From: Bacillota bacterium
Lineage (GTDB): Bacteria; Armatimonadota; HRBIN16
Length of the DNA stretch: 64,000 nt
NCBI GenBank assembly: GCA_023511455.1
Contig: JAIMBJ010000011.1
Coordinates: forward strand, 13,637-77,636
Direction of reading: 5' to 3'
Shown: piece after piece, positions 56,047 to 64,000 of the stretch
Numbering within the stretch: the stretch's first letter is position 1
Layout: each line of letters starts with the position of its first letter
The notes under the pieces: model-generated
Told to the model about the DNA's origin: nothing
The model's input: only the letters and a program-made list of their open reading frames with translations
Database searches by the model: none
Program-made: the position numbers and the translations under genes

Positions 56047-56781
56047 CTATCCCCCCTGACGTTGCGCGATGATGGTGCGCACCCTGTTCAGGTCTTCCTC
56101 GGTGTCGACGCCAATGGAGGTCTGCTCGACGCGCACCATGCGGATACGGTAGCCGTTTTCCAGCACGCGCAGCTGCTCCAGCATCTCCGTCTGCTCCAGC
56201 GGGGTCGGCTCCATCGCGGCGTACTGAAGCAGGAAATCACGTCGGTAAGCGTAGATGCCCAGATGCTTGTAGACGATAGCGGGGGCGGCAGGGTCGCGCG
56301 GATAGGGAATGCGTGAGCGCGAAAAGTACAGCGCGTTGCCCCTGCAGTCGACCACCACTTTCACCACCGTCGGTTTGTCCTTCTCTTCCTCGGTGGCGGG
56401 GCACATCAGACTGCTCATCGGCAGGGTAGGGTCTTCCACTAGAGGGCGCGCTACCGCGTCGATGTTCTCCGGCGGCATCAGCGGTTCGTCCCCTTGGATG
56501 TTAACGATGATATCTGCAGAGAGGTTTTGAGCCGCCTCCGCCAATCGCTCGGTACCGGAGCGATGTTTGGGCGAGGTCATTACCGCGATGCCGCCGAAGC
56601 CCCGCACGACCTCGGCGATTTGTTCATCAGGCGTGGCAACCATCACCTCACTCAGCGTTTTCGCCTGTTTGGCGTTGTGCCACACCCACCATATCATGGG
56701 CTTGCCCGCGATGTCCAGCAAGGGCTTGTTCGGCAGGCGCACCGCTGCCAGCCTCGCAGGAATGATGCCTACCACTTCCAT
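56047..56781 (-). CDS. kdsB: 3-deoxy-manno-octulosonate cytidylyltransferase (CMP-Kdo synthetase)
   Basis: IIPARLAAVRLPNKPL ... IVNIQGDEP. Implies LPS biosynthesis and therefore a diderm envelope. Confidence 0.9.
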   Translation of the reverse strand: MEVVGIIPARLAAVRLPNKPLLDIAGKPMIWWVWHNAKQAKTLSEVMVATPDEQIAEVVRGFGGIAVMTSPKHRSGTERLAEAAQNLSADIIVNIQGDEPLMPPENIDAVARPLVEDPTLPMSSLMCPATEEEKDKPTVVKVVVDCRGNALYFSRSRIPYPRDPAAPAIVYKHLGIYAYRRDFLLQYAAMEPTPLEQTEMLEQLRVLENGYRIRMVRVEQTSIGVDTEEDLNRVRTIIAQRQGG

Positions 56782-56886
56782 CGTGTTTGTCTTCCTCCTC
56801 TCTCTTTACAATTTATCACCATTCGCCAGTCCCACAGGCGATTCCCCTGTGCGAATCCCCCGCCGAGTGCCAGCCCCGCCTCTCCT

Positions 56887-57071
56887 GAGGGTGTTCCACA
56901 TTGGTGGTTGAATGGAGGATCACCTAATCCCCTTGCCCCCTTCCCTGCGAGGGAAGGGGGAACGCCCCTCTCCTCGTAGGAGAGGGGACGGGGTGAGGTA
57001 AGACAAGGGGTAGCAAGACCGCCTCTCTCCTTGCGCTACAACCAACTTCTCCACAATTCCCGAACACCCTC
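56887..57071. mobile_element. MITE-like element, copy B (185 bp), with a perfect 10-bp terminal inverted repeat and a 9-bp target-site duplication
   Basis: Terminal inverted repeat GAGGGTGTTC...GAACACCCTC. Flanking 9-mers are GCCTCTCCT and GCTTCTCCT (8 of 9 match). It carries the same internal palindromes as copy A and ends 9 bp before the tRNA-Leu -35 box. Confidence 0.6.
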
Positions 57072-57079
57072 GCTTCTCC

Positions 57080-57108
57080 TTGACATTTTGGGGGAGGCTG
57101 GTTATACT
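57080..57108 (+). promoter_or_regulatory. tRNA-Leu promoter (TTGACA-N17-TATACT)
   Basis: ttgacattttgggggaggctggttatact places the transcription start about 9 nt upstream of the mature tRNA 5' end. Confidence 0.55.
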
Positions 57109-57124
57109 CTATCTGGTGCTACAC

Positions 57125-57209
57125 GCCGGAGTGGCGGAATGGTAGACGCGCCCGCCTCAAAAGCGGGTGCCGAACAGGCGTGGGGGTTCGAGTCCCCCCT
57201 CCGGCACCA
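57125..57209 (+). tRNA. tRNA-Leu (anticodon CAA), type II with a long variable arm and encoded CCA
   Basis: Acceptor stem gccggag/ctccggc. Anticodon stem cccgc/gcggg with loop ctCAAaa. Variable arm tgccgaacaggcgt. T-arm gggggTTCGAgtccccc. The 3' end is ACCA. Confidence 0.9.
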
Positions 57210-57253
57210 TAGGTTGACCGTCCGATTCCGGAATATTTTGGGATACTGAAGAT

Positions 57254-57280
57254 GCCCCGCGCTAACGGGGCAATTTTCTT
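57254..57280 (+). terminator. Weak intrinsic terminator after tRNA-Leu
   Basis: GCCCCgcgctaacGGGGC followed by aattttctt. Confidence 0.4.
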
Positions 57281-57291
57281 GAGGTGAAACC

Positions 57292-58212
57292 TTGATTGAC
57301 GCCGCGCTGCTGTTTTTTATCAACGTGCTGTGGGCGGCGGCGTACCCGATGGCGAAGTTTGCTATCAGCGGAGGCGTTCCATCGGTGACCCTGGCATGGG
57401 CGCGGTGGGCTATCGCCATGTTGCTGTTGCCCCTGTTTGCTCGCGCTGTGCTGCGAGTATCACTGAGATTGCCTCGTTCCGACCTGTTTCGTGCGCTTGG
57501 GTTGGGCGCACTGGCTCTGGGGCTGGTGCATATTCTGGTATTCGTCGGGCTGAAGTATACCACCGCAGTGGACGCCACATTGCTGCTGGCTGCAGAACCG
57601 CTGGTGATGGCGGTGATGTCGGTGCTGTTGCTGCGCGAAGGCATGTCCAGGCGGGCGGTGTGGGGGATGGTGCTGGGCTTTGCGGGTGCCTATCTGCTTA
57701 TCAATCGTGGGTTGATACCTCCCCTGAACGACAGAGGTACCCTGATAGGCAACTTGCTGGTGGCATTGTCGGTACTGGTGGAAGGCACGGGAACGGTGCT
57801 ATCGCGAGGCTTAACGCGCCGGTACAGCGGTATCGTGGTGTTGTTCTGGGAAAGCGTGGGTGCAACGCTAGCTCTGGCGATACCGGCTTACCTGTTCTGG
57901 GCGGCTTCGCCTGCCGTTCCATCTTCTGCCGCGCTGGGAGCGGTGTTCTATCTGGGCATGGTGAACAGCGCGTTTTGCTATGCGGTGTGGTTTGTGCTGA
58001 TGGAGCGCCATCATGTGGGCAATATGGGCGTGTTCATCTTCGTGCAACCGGTGTTTGGCGCGTTGATGGGTGTGTTGTGGCTGAAGGAGCCGTTCGGTGT
58101 GTATACCGCTATTGGCTCCGCGATGGTGCTGAGCGGGGTGTGGCTGACAACGCGCCCCACCGTGGAAGAAAGAGCGCAAAGATGCGCAACCGATACCCTT
58201 GCGCGTCGTTAA
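57292..58212 (+). CDS. DMT-superfamily (EamA-type) transporter
   Basis: Ten TM helices forming two EamA halves. Probable TTG start with the RBS gaggtg. Confidence 0.85.
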   Translation: MIDAALLFFINVLWAAAYPMAKFAISGGVPSVTLAWARWAIAMLLLPLFARAVLRVSLRLPRSDLFRALGLGALALGLVHILVFVGLKYTTAVDATLLLAAEPLVMAVMSVLLLREGMSRRAVWGMVLGFAGAYLLINRGLIPPLNDRGTLIGNLLVALSVLVEGTGTVLSRGLTRRYSGIVVLFWESVGATLALAIPAYLFWAASPAVPSSAALGAVFYLGMVNSAFCYAVWFVLMERHHVGNMGVFIFVQPVFGALMGVLWLKEPFGVYTAIGSAMVLSGVWLTTRPTVEERAQRCATDTLARR

Positions 58213-58399
58213 GTGCTCGGCGACCACAAACAAAACGAACGACTCAGAGCGTGCGGGGTGACGCGGGCTTGGAGTGCGGGGGTTTCCTCCACATCTCCAG
58301 CAGCCATTTGCATTCGTCGTCAAGCGGTGCTATACTGAGGCACATGGAACTTTTGGACTGCCTGTTGCGTCTGGATACTCAGAAGGATGGTGAGGAACG

Positions 58400-59143
58400 A
58401 TGAATCGCAAGGCAGCTCTCATCGGTGCGGGAGTGCTGGTGATACTGGTCGTCGGTATCCTGCTGGGACGTCACCTTTTCCCGATTACCCACCGCCAGGC
58501 GAGTGCGCCGCCCGGTGGCAACGTGCTGTTGGCGCCCGCTCCCCAGCTGCCCGATACGAACCTGCTTCGGGCGGAAGGCGAGGCACAGCCGCCTCCGCAG
58601 GAACCCCAAAAGCGTCCACCGGATGATATTATCGACTACTTGAAACATTTGCAGAGGATAGAGGCGCAGCGTCAGGCGATGCAGCGTGACCTGACCCCGG
58701 CGTTCAACGCCTTCGTGAACGCGATGGCGATGCGGGCAACCATTGACGAGCAGGAAATGCAGCAACGCATGAGCGCGGTACAGCAGGCTCCTCAGGACTA
58801 CTCGCAGAGGTGGGCGCAGCTCAGCCAGATGTTCGAGTCGAAACAGCCACCGCCCGCCTGTCAGCCCCTGCATGAGGCGTACCGGAAGATGCTGGCATCC
58901 ACCGTCGCCTACATGACCAAAGTATATTTGGCTCTGCAACAGGCGCAGACCGACCCCAACGCCGCGCTGCAGGTGCTGTCGCAGATGCAGGGCACTGCTT
59001 CTACCGATGTGGACACCCAGATCCTGCAGGCGAACTATGAGCTTCAGCAGATTCTGGACAAATACGACCTGCGCCGCTACTTCCCCGGCTTCGTGATTAG
59101 CGGAGACGGCGGGCTGAATCTGCGCAGTATCTTTGGGGGATAG
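58400..59143 (+). CDS. Membrane-anchored hypothetical protein (Gln-rich, coiled-coil-like)
   Basis: N-terminal TM helix (AALIGAGVLVILVVGILLG). No recognisable domain. Confidence 0.5.
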   Translation: MNRKAALIGAGVLVILVVGILLGRHLFPITHRQASAPPGGNVLLAPAPQLPDTNLLRAEGEAQPPPQEPQKRPPDDIIDYLKHLQRIEAQRQAMQRDLTPAFNAFVNAMAMRATIDEQEMQQRMSAVQQAPQDYSQRWAQLSQMFESKQPPPACQPLHEAYRKMLASTVAYMTKVYLALQQAQTDPNAALQVLSQMQGTASTDVDTQILQANYELQQILDKYDLRRYFPGFVISGDGGLNLRSIFGG

Positions 59144-59152
59144 CCAGCCATT

Positions 59153-60229
59153 ATGTGGACACCAGAGCAGCTTCGAGCCATCCCGCAGCTTCTGCTGGAA
59201 TGGTATAAGGTGAACGCGCGCCCCATGCCCTGGCAGGAAAATCCCGAACCCTATCACCTGCTGGTAGCCGCCACCATGTTGCAGCAGACACAGGTAGAAA
59301 CCGTCTTGCCGTATCTGGAAAGGTTCCTGCAGAGGTTTCCCACCGTTGCCGACCTGGCGCGAGCCGGTGAGGAAGAGGTGCTGCGCTACTGGTCGGGGCT
59401 GGGCTACTACAACCGCGCTCGCAGCCTGCGCCGTGCGGCACAACAGCTGTGCCGGCGGCATAACGGTACCGTTCCCTGTAGAGTGGATGCCCTGTTGCAG
59501 CTACCCGGCATCGGCGAGTACACCGCGGGAGCGGTGGTCAGCATCGCCTGCGGCAAACCGGAACCCGCGCTGGACGCCAACGGCTACCGTATCCTCGCCC
59601 GCCTGCTTGCTTTCGACCAGGACATCACGCGCATCCCCAGCCGCCGGCATCTGACAGAAGCCTGTCGGCAAATCCTTCCTGAGCACGCACCCGGCGAGTT
59701 CAATCAGGCTTTGATGGACCTGGGCGCGCTGGTATGTACCGCTCGTGAGCCGCGCTGTTTGATATGTCCACTCGCCGGGGTATGCCGCGCCTTTCAGGAA
59801 GGGCGTCAGGCAAGCATTCCGATAAAGCCGACCCGTCGCCATCCCGTCAAGGTGCAGGATGTGTGTGTGGTGATAGAGCAGGGCGTGCGATGGCTGATGG
59901 TCAAGCACACGGACGGGCGTTTATGGCATGGGCTGTGGGGATTTCCCAGAGTGCGTGTGCAGGACGGAGAAACTCTGGAGCAAGCCGCTCGGCGGGCGGC
60001 GGAAACCATCGGGTTGCAGTTGGGGCACTGCGAGCCTGTCCTGGTGATCCGGCATGGGGTGATGCATTACTCGGTCACTCTGCATGTGATGCGCTGTACT
60101 CTGCGTGAAGAAGCGGTGACAGATGATGAGGCGACACGCTGGGTTCTACCGAAGGAAGCGAGGCTTCTACCTGTTCCCTCGCCGGTGCGCCGTATCATAG
60201 AAAGGCTGTTGCGGGCGCAGAATGGATAA
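59153..60229 (+). CDS. mutY: A/G-specific adenine DNA glycosylase
   Basis: HhH-GPD core (YHLLVAATMLQQTQVETVLPYLERF), a 4Fe-4S cluster loop (C-x6-C-x2-C-x5-C: CLICPLAGVC) and a C-terminal NUDIX-like domain. Confidence 0.88.
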   Translation: MWTPEQLRAIPQLLLEWYKVNARPMPWQENPEPYHLLVAATMLQQTQVETVLPYLERFLQRFPTVADLARAGEEEVLRYWSGLGYYNRARSLRRAAQQLCRRHNGTVPCRVDALLQLPGIGEYTAGAVVSIACGKPEPALDANGYRILARLLAFDQDITRIPSRRHLTEACRQILPEHAPGEFNQALMDLGALVCTAREPRCLICPLAGVCRAFQEGRQASIPIKPTRRHPVKVQDVCVVIEQGVRWLMVKHTDGRLWHGLWGFPRVRVQDGETLEQAARRAAETIGLQLGHCEPVLVIRHGVMHYSVTLHVMRCTLREEAVTDDEATRWVLPKEARLLPVPSPVRRIIERLLRAQNG

Positions 60230-60268
60230 CAGAAACCGCCGCGGGATGCTTCCCGCGGCGGTAGTGCG

Positions 60269-60913
60269 TCACTCCTCTTCGCGTGCGAGCAGGATGCTAA
60301 CCTTCCTCTTCACGCGCTGTAGAGCGTTGTCGATGGATTTGGGGCGGCAGCCCAGCACCTTCGACATCTCGCGATAGGACATCCCCTCCAGATAGCATTC
60401 GAGCACCCGCGCTTCCAGGTTACTCAGGTGCCCATCCAGCATCTCCAGAAGGTTGCGAGGCTGGCGCTGGTCCACCACGACGGCAGCCGGGTCGGCCACA
60501 CTCTCATCCGGAATGATTTCCAGCAGAGTGGAGTCGTTATCGTCATCGTTCAGGGGGCGGTTCAGGGAGATGTACGCATTAAGCGGGGCATGCTTCTGAC
60601 GGGTCGCCATCTTGACGGCGGTGATAATCTGACGGGTGACGCACAGTTCAGCGAACGGTCGGAACTTGGTCAACTTATCCTCACGGAAGTCGCGGATGGC
60701 TTTGAACAGCCCAATCATGCCCTCCTGCACCACATCTTCGTGGTCGGCTCCCATGAGGAAATAGGAGCGTGCTTTGCTTTCCACCATACCGCGGTACTTC
60801 GCAAGCAGATGCTCTGTCGCTTGCTGGCTACCGCATTTCGCGTAGACGACGACCTCCTCGTCCTGCATGTTCTGGAAGCGCAGACTTCCGTCGTCATAGC
60901 GGGATGAAATCAT
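60269..60913 (-). CDS. SigH (Spo0H)-like RNA polymerase sigma-70 family factor
   Basis: Matches Bacillus SigH in many motif blocks: KARSYFLMGADHEDVVQEGMIGLFKAIRDFREDKLTKFRPFAELCVTRQIITAVKMATRQKH and KSIDNALQRVKRKV. Confidence 0.8.
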   Translation of the reverse strand: MISSRYDDGSLRFQNMQDEEVVVYAKCGSQQATEHLLAKYRGMVESKARSYFLMGADHEDVVQEGMIGLFKAIRDFREDKLTKFRPFAELCVTRQIITAVKMATRQKHAPLNAYISLNRPLNDDDNDSTLLEIIPDESVADPAAVVVDQRQPRNLLEMLDGHLSNLEARVLECYLEGMSYREMSKVLGCRPKSIDNALQRVKRKVSILLAREEE

Positions 60914-61265
60914 CCTGCTTGCCTCCCGACAGTTCTGGTTTGCTTTGACCGATTTGTATCTGGTTCAAGGTGAAGGGCATCATCTGCAAGGTATTGTACT
61001 GTGCCACCTGCGATGCCCCCCGTAACCTTGCTTATATTCACTATAAACTAACTGTTCGCGCGTGTCAACAGGTTTTCGAACTTTTTTCGATTTTTTTCTC
61101 TCAGGATGAAGCGAATCGTTGCTTCGAACGCGATATTGTGCCCGAAAAAGGTGCATCTTCCCGGATTGAACCCGCAACCACTGCCGTGCGTCATGAAAGA
61201 TGGTTGGCTTGCAGGCACGGGCTATCCCACAGCCTATTGTAGAGGAAAATAGTGGAGAGCGGGTT

Positions 61266-63080
61266 ATGGCAGATTCGGGGGCACAGGGTATACAGGATTG
61301 CGTATCTACCGGCACCTCTTCCCAACGAGCGCCTTTCCAGTACGCGGACGGTGCAGAGGCGATTCTGTACGACATCTTCCAGCGTGAGCACTTCGACGAG
61401 CAACACGCCTGGGTGGAGTACAACTGGTGGCCGTTGTCTTATCATCTTTCTCCTGCCCGCGCCAACATTATCAACTGGCTACCGACGGTCAGGAGTGGGA
61501 TAAACGTGCTGGAGGTGGGAGCTGGCTGTGGTGCTATCACCTCTTACCTCTGTCGTGTGCCAGCGGTGCGTCGCATTGTGGCGGTGGAGGGTGCGCCTCA
61601 ACGCGCCGAGTTAATCCGCCTGCGGTGCCGACATGCTTCACACCTCGAGGTGGTCACTGCAAATATCGAGGACTATGAGCCTGCCGAGCCGTTCGACGTC
61701 ATCCTGCTGATAGGCGTGCTGGAGTACGCGGGCAGGTATATCGCTCGCCCGGATGCGGCATCTCACCTGATCCGACTGCTGTGTCACTGGCTGAAGCCCG
61801 ATGGCAGGCTGGTGATTGCCATCGAAAACCCCATCGGGCACAAGTATCTGGCGGGCTACCGCGAAGACCACTACGGCGTGCCTTACGAAAGCGTTTCGGG
61901 CTACCCGGATTACAACGGTATCCGCACCTTCGACAAAGGTTTGCTGCAGAGCAAGCTGCAGGATGCGGGCTTGCACTATCAGCTCTGGTTCTACCCCTTC
62001 CCGGATTACAAAATGCCTGAGGTGATTCTGTCCGAGAGAAGCTTCAGTGAACCCGGCTTCGACTGGCTGACGCTGCTGAATCTGCCCACCGTGGACTACT
62101 CTTTGCGCCAACGACCTCTATTCAACGAGCGCGAGTTCCTGCGTATGGTCGCCAGAAACGCTCCTCCATCCGCCTTCATGAACTCCTTTCTGGTGATTGC
62201 TTCGCGCCAGCCCATGCCCGACATATGGGAGTCCATCCTGGCGGTAAAAGTGCGCAGTCAGTGTGCGCCTTCCTTCCGCCAGACCAAGTTCTTCCTCAAG
62301 GAGAACGACGGTATCCATGTGGAGACAGTACGAGGCGACTGGTTAAACCGCCCTGCACCGGTGCATTCACACAGCGATACCAGCGAGCCATACTATCAGC
62401 GTCTGAAGAATATCGAGCATCTGTTTATCGACAGCCTGTGGCACAAACGCTATGCGGAGGCGGCTTCTGCCCTGCTGAGGTGGTACGCCACCCTTCTCTC
62501 GCATGTCGCATCGGAAGGTTACTACCACTACAGTGAACAGTTCACCGCTTTTTGCACGCGGAGGATGGGGCACGTGGTGTACACACCCGGCAACCAGTGG
62601 TTGCCTCCAGACAGTCTGGACCTCACCCCGCGAAACTGCTTGCTTAACGAAGCCACTGGTGAGGTGACGCTGATTGACCTCGAATGGAACATTGGCGTTC
62701 CCCTGCCGCTGGACATGGTGGTGGATCGGGGAATGCTGTACCTGATGCAAAAGGTAAGCGACTTTTTCGGTACCGACCTGCTCAACCGCCGGGGCGAGTG
62801 GAATTTGCCCCGTGTGCTTCTGAATCGCCTGCCCGCGCAGTTGCGGAAGGGTAAGGTCGCGGACATTCATCTTTTCGAGTACTGGTTCCAGCTGGCGATA
62901 CTGCACGGTGACTTCGACTATTGCCTATCGGAACAGGACCGTCGTGCTGCTGCCATCAGCGCAGGCTTGAGCCGTCGCAGCTGGTTCGCCCGTTTACTGC
63001 GTCGCCTCGGAGATGCGTCACGTTCGCCGGGTCTGTTTGGAGCCACTCTGCGTCGCCTGCGCAGGATAACAGGCGTGTAA
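61266..63080 (+). CDS. Fusion of an N-terminal class I SAM-dependent methyltransferase with a C-terminal kinase-like (APH/CotS-like) domain
   Basis: SAM motif I VLEVGAGCGAITSY and the post-I motif DVILLIGVLEY. The C-terminus has the IDLEWNIG (IDxE[WY]) motif typical of small-molecule kinases, but HGDxxxxN is degenerate (NCLLN). The start is at MADSG with the RBS ggagag. Confidence 0.65.
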   Translation: MADSGAQGIQDCVSTGTSSQRAPFQYADGAEAILYDIFQREHFDEQHAWVEYNWWPLSYHLSPARANIINWLPTVRSGINVLEVGAGCGAITSYLCRVPAVRRIVAVEGAPQRAELIRLRCRHASHLEVVTANIEDYEPAEPFDVILLIGVLEYAGRYIARPDAASHLIRLLCHWLKPDGRLVIAIENPIGHKYLAGYREDHYGVPYESVSGYPDYNGIRTFDKGLLQSKLQDAGLHYQLWFYPFPDYKMPEVILSERSFSEPGFDWLTLLNLPTVDYSLRQRPLFNEREFLRMVARNAPPSAFMNSFLVIASRQPMPDIWESILAVKVRSQCAPSFRQTKFFLKENDGIHVETVRGDWLNRPAPVHSHSDTSEPYYQRLKNIEHLFIDSLWHKRYAEAASALLRWYATLLSHVASEGYYHYSEQFTAFCTRRMGHVVYTPGNQWLPPDSLDLTPRNCLLNEATGEVTLIDLEWNIGVPLPLDMVVDRGMLYLMQKVSDFFGTDLLNRRGEWNLPRVLLNRLPAQLRKGKVADIHLFEYWFQLAILHGDFDYCLSEQDRRAAAISAGLSRRSWFARLLRRLGDASRSPGLFGATLRRLRRITGV

Positions 63081-63137
63081 AGGAACCCTCCTGCGCGAGG
63101 CGAATATATCTCCATTACAGACACAGGAGACCTTCCT

Positions 63138-63917
63138 ATGGAGGACATCATCATCGCCTGCAACGTATACAGCTACGGCAAATACCGTCAGCGGGCGTTT
63201 GAACACATGAAAGCCACTGGTATCCGTTACGCCGAGGTGAGTATCGGCAAGCCGGGGGACGCCGACGAGTGGCTCAGACAGATAGAGCCGTACGACCTGC
63301 GCATTTCCAGTGTGATATGCCCCTGTGATGTCTCTTCGGATGAGGGCGCAGAGGGCTTTGCCGGCATCGCAGAAGCGGTGCGAAGAATGGGAGCGCATAT
63401 CGCCTTTGTGAGTGTGCACGCAGGGGAAATACCGCTGACCGATGTATACCGCCGCGTTCGCCGGATGGGCGACATCGCCGCGCAACTGGGCGTGAAAGTG
63501 GCAATGGAGACGCACCCCGACCTTATCACCAACGGCGATGTGGCATCGCAGACTATGCGGGCGATTGCCCATCCGAACGTGGGTATCAACTTCGACACTG
63601 CCAATATCTACTACTACAACGAAGGCACGGACTCGGTGACCGAGCTCCGCAAGGTGCTTGACCATGTATTCAGCGTGCATCTGAAAGACACCAACGGTAA
63701 GCCACGCACGTGGTACTTTCCCACGCTGGGGCAGGGTGCGGTGGACTTTCCCGAAATCTTCCGCCTGCTGCTGGACAGAGGCTTTTGTGGCCCGTTCACG
63801 ATGGAGCTGGAAGGAATCGAGGGCGAAAACCTGACCGAAGAGCAACAGCTGCAGCGCGTGGCGCAATCCTTTGACTACGCGCGCGGTATTGTGGAACGGT
63901 GGAAGGCAAACCGTTGA
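63138..63917 (+). CDS. Sugar phosphate isomerase/epimerase (xylose-isomerase-like TIM barrel)
   Basis: VSIGKPGDADEW ... KVAMETHP ... GINFDTANIYY. Confidence 0.85.
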   Translation: MEDIIIACNVYSYGKYRQRAFEHMKATGIRYAEVSIGKPGDADEWLRQIEPYDLRISSVICPCDVSSDEGAEGFAGIAEAVRRMGAHIAFVSVHAGEIPLTDVYRRVRRMGDIAAQLGVKVAMETHPDLITNGDVASQTMRAIAHPNVGINFDTANIYYYNEGTDSVTELRKVLDHVFSVHLKDTNGKPRTWYFPTLGQGAVDFPEIFRLLLDRGFCGPFTMELEGIEGENLTEEQQLQRVAQSFDYARGIVERWKANR

Positions 63918-64000
63918 TACAGTATCTGAGCTTCGATCGGGTTGCTGACGACTACGACGCCACCCGCTTCTTGCCGGAGACCGTACTCGAGGCGGTGGTG
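63914..64000 (+). CDS. Partial CDS (5' end only): probable SAM-dependent methyltransferase
   Basis: A TTG start overlaps the upstream stop (TTGA). The N-terminus LIQYLSFDRVADDYDATRFLPE resembles the FD(R/A)VAxxYD motif of UbiE-type methyltransferases. It is truncated by the window edge. Confidence 0.3.
   Translation, partial: MIQYLSFDRVADDYDATRFLPETVLEAVV

Noticed and set aside
54446-56316. 452-aa and 343-aa ORFs on the plus strand, and 291-aa ORF on the minus strand in another frame
   Set aside because: They overlap the nnr and kdsB coding regions antisense or out of frame. These are Ser/Ala/Arg-rich shadow ORFs.
58379-59461. 360-aa ORF on the minus strand
   Set aside because: Antisense to the hypothetical membrane protein and the mutY 5' end. 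No features.

Overview
This is a 64-kb, high-GC (about 63-66%) chromosomal segment from a diderm bacterium: CMP-Kdo synthetase (kdsB) and a large outer-membrane beta-barrel protein are present. Possible lineages: a DUF1559 prepilin-like protein and many glycoside hydrolases suggest an Armatimonadota/Planctomycetota/Verrucomicrobiota-like lineage, but the taxon is uncertain.

Housekeeping genes: K+-independent H+-pyrophosphatase, a gap-pgk pair, hisF, fba, citrate synthase, argB, purM, nnr, kdsB, mutY and tRNA-Leu(CAA).

Carbohydrate utilisation: a GH127-like hydrolase, a clan GH-A hydrolase, a GH144-like glucoamylase-fold protein, two Gfo/Idh/MocA oxidoreductases, a BMP/CUT2-type ABC transporter, a LacI regulator, a PfkB kinase, an esterase and a TylF-like methyltransferase.

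Envelope and signalling: an ECF sigma/anti-sigma/RseB-like triad; an orphan ZAS-like membrane protein translationally coupled to a 1163-aa repeat-containing outer-membrane protein; a kdsB-nnr-FHA-FHA operon; and a SigH-like sigma factor.

Non-genic and accessory content:
- A MITE-like element in two copies, with terminal inverted repeats and 9-bp target-site duplications, each sitting directly upstream of a promoter (hisF and tRNA-Leu).
- A second GC-rich REP-like repeat family in two intergenic copies.
- A consensus sigma70 promoter plus intrinsic terminator that delimit a roughly 200-nt candidate sRNA or leader upstream of an HNH endonuclease gene.
- Two low-GC insertions: a single wHTH/nuclease-like gene that truncates a saccharopine-dehydrogenase-like gene, and a UPF0175/DUF3368 toxin-antitoxin pair.
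- A frameshifted pectate-lyase-fold gene.

Unusual fusions: an ECF-transporter-like membrane domain fused to a THEP1-type NTPase, and a methyltransferase fused to a kinase-like domain.

No CRISPR array or rRNA gene was found. Internal start codons were placed by amino-acid offset within the supplied ORFs. Coordinates of non-coding features are read by eye and may be off by 1-2 nt.
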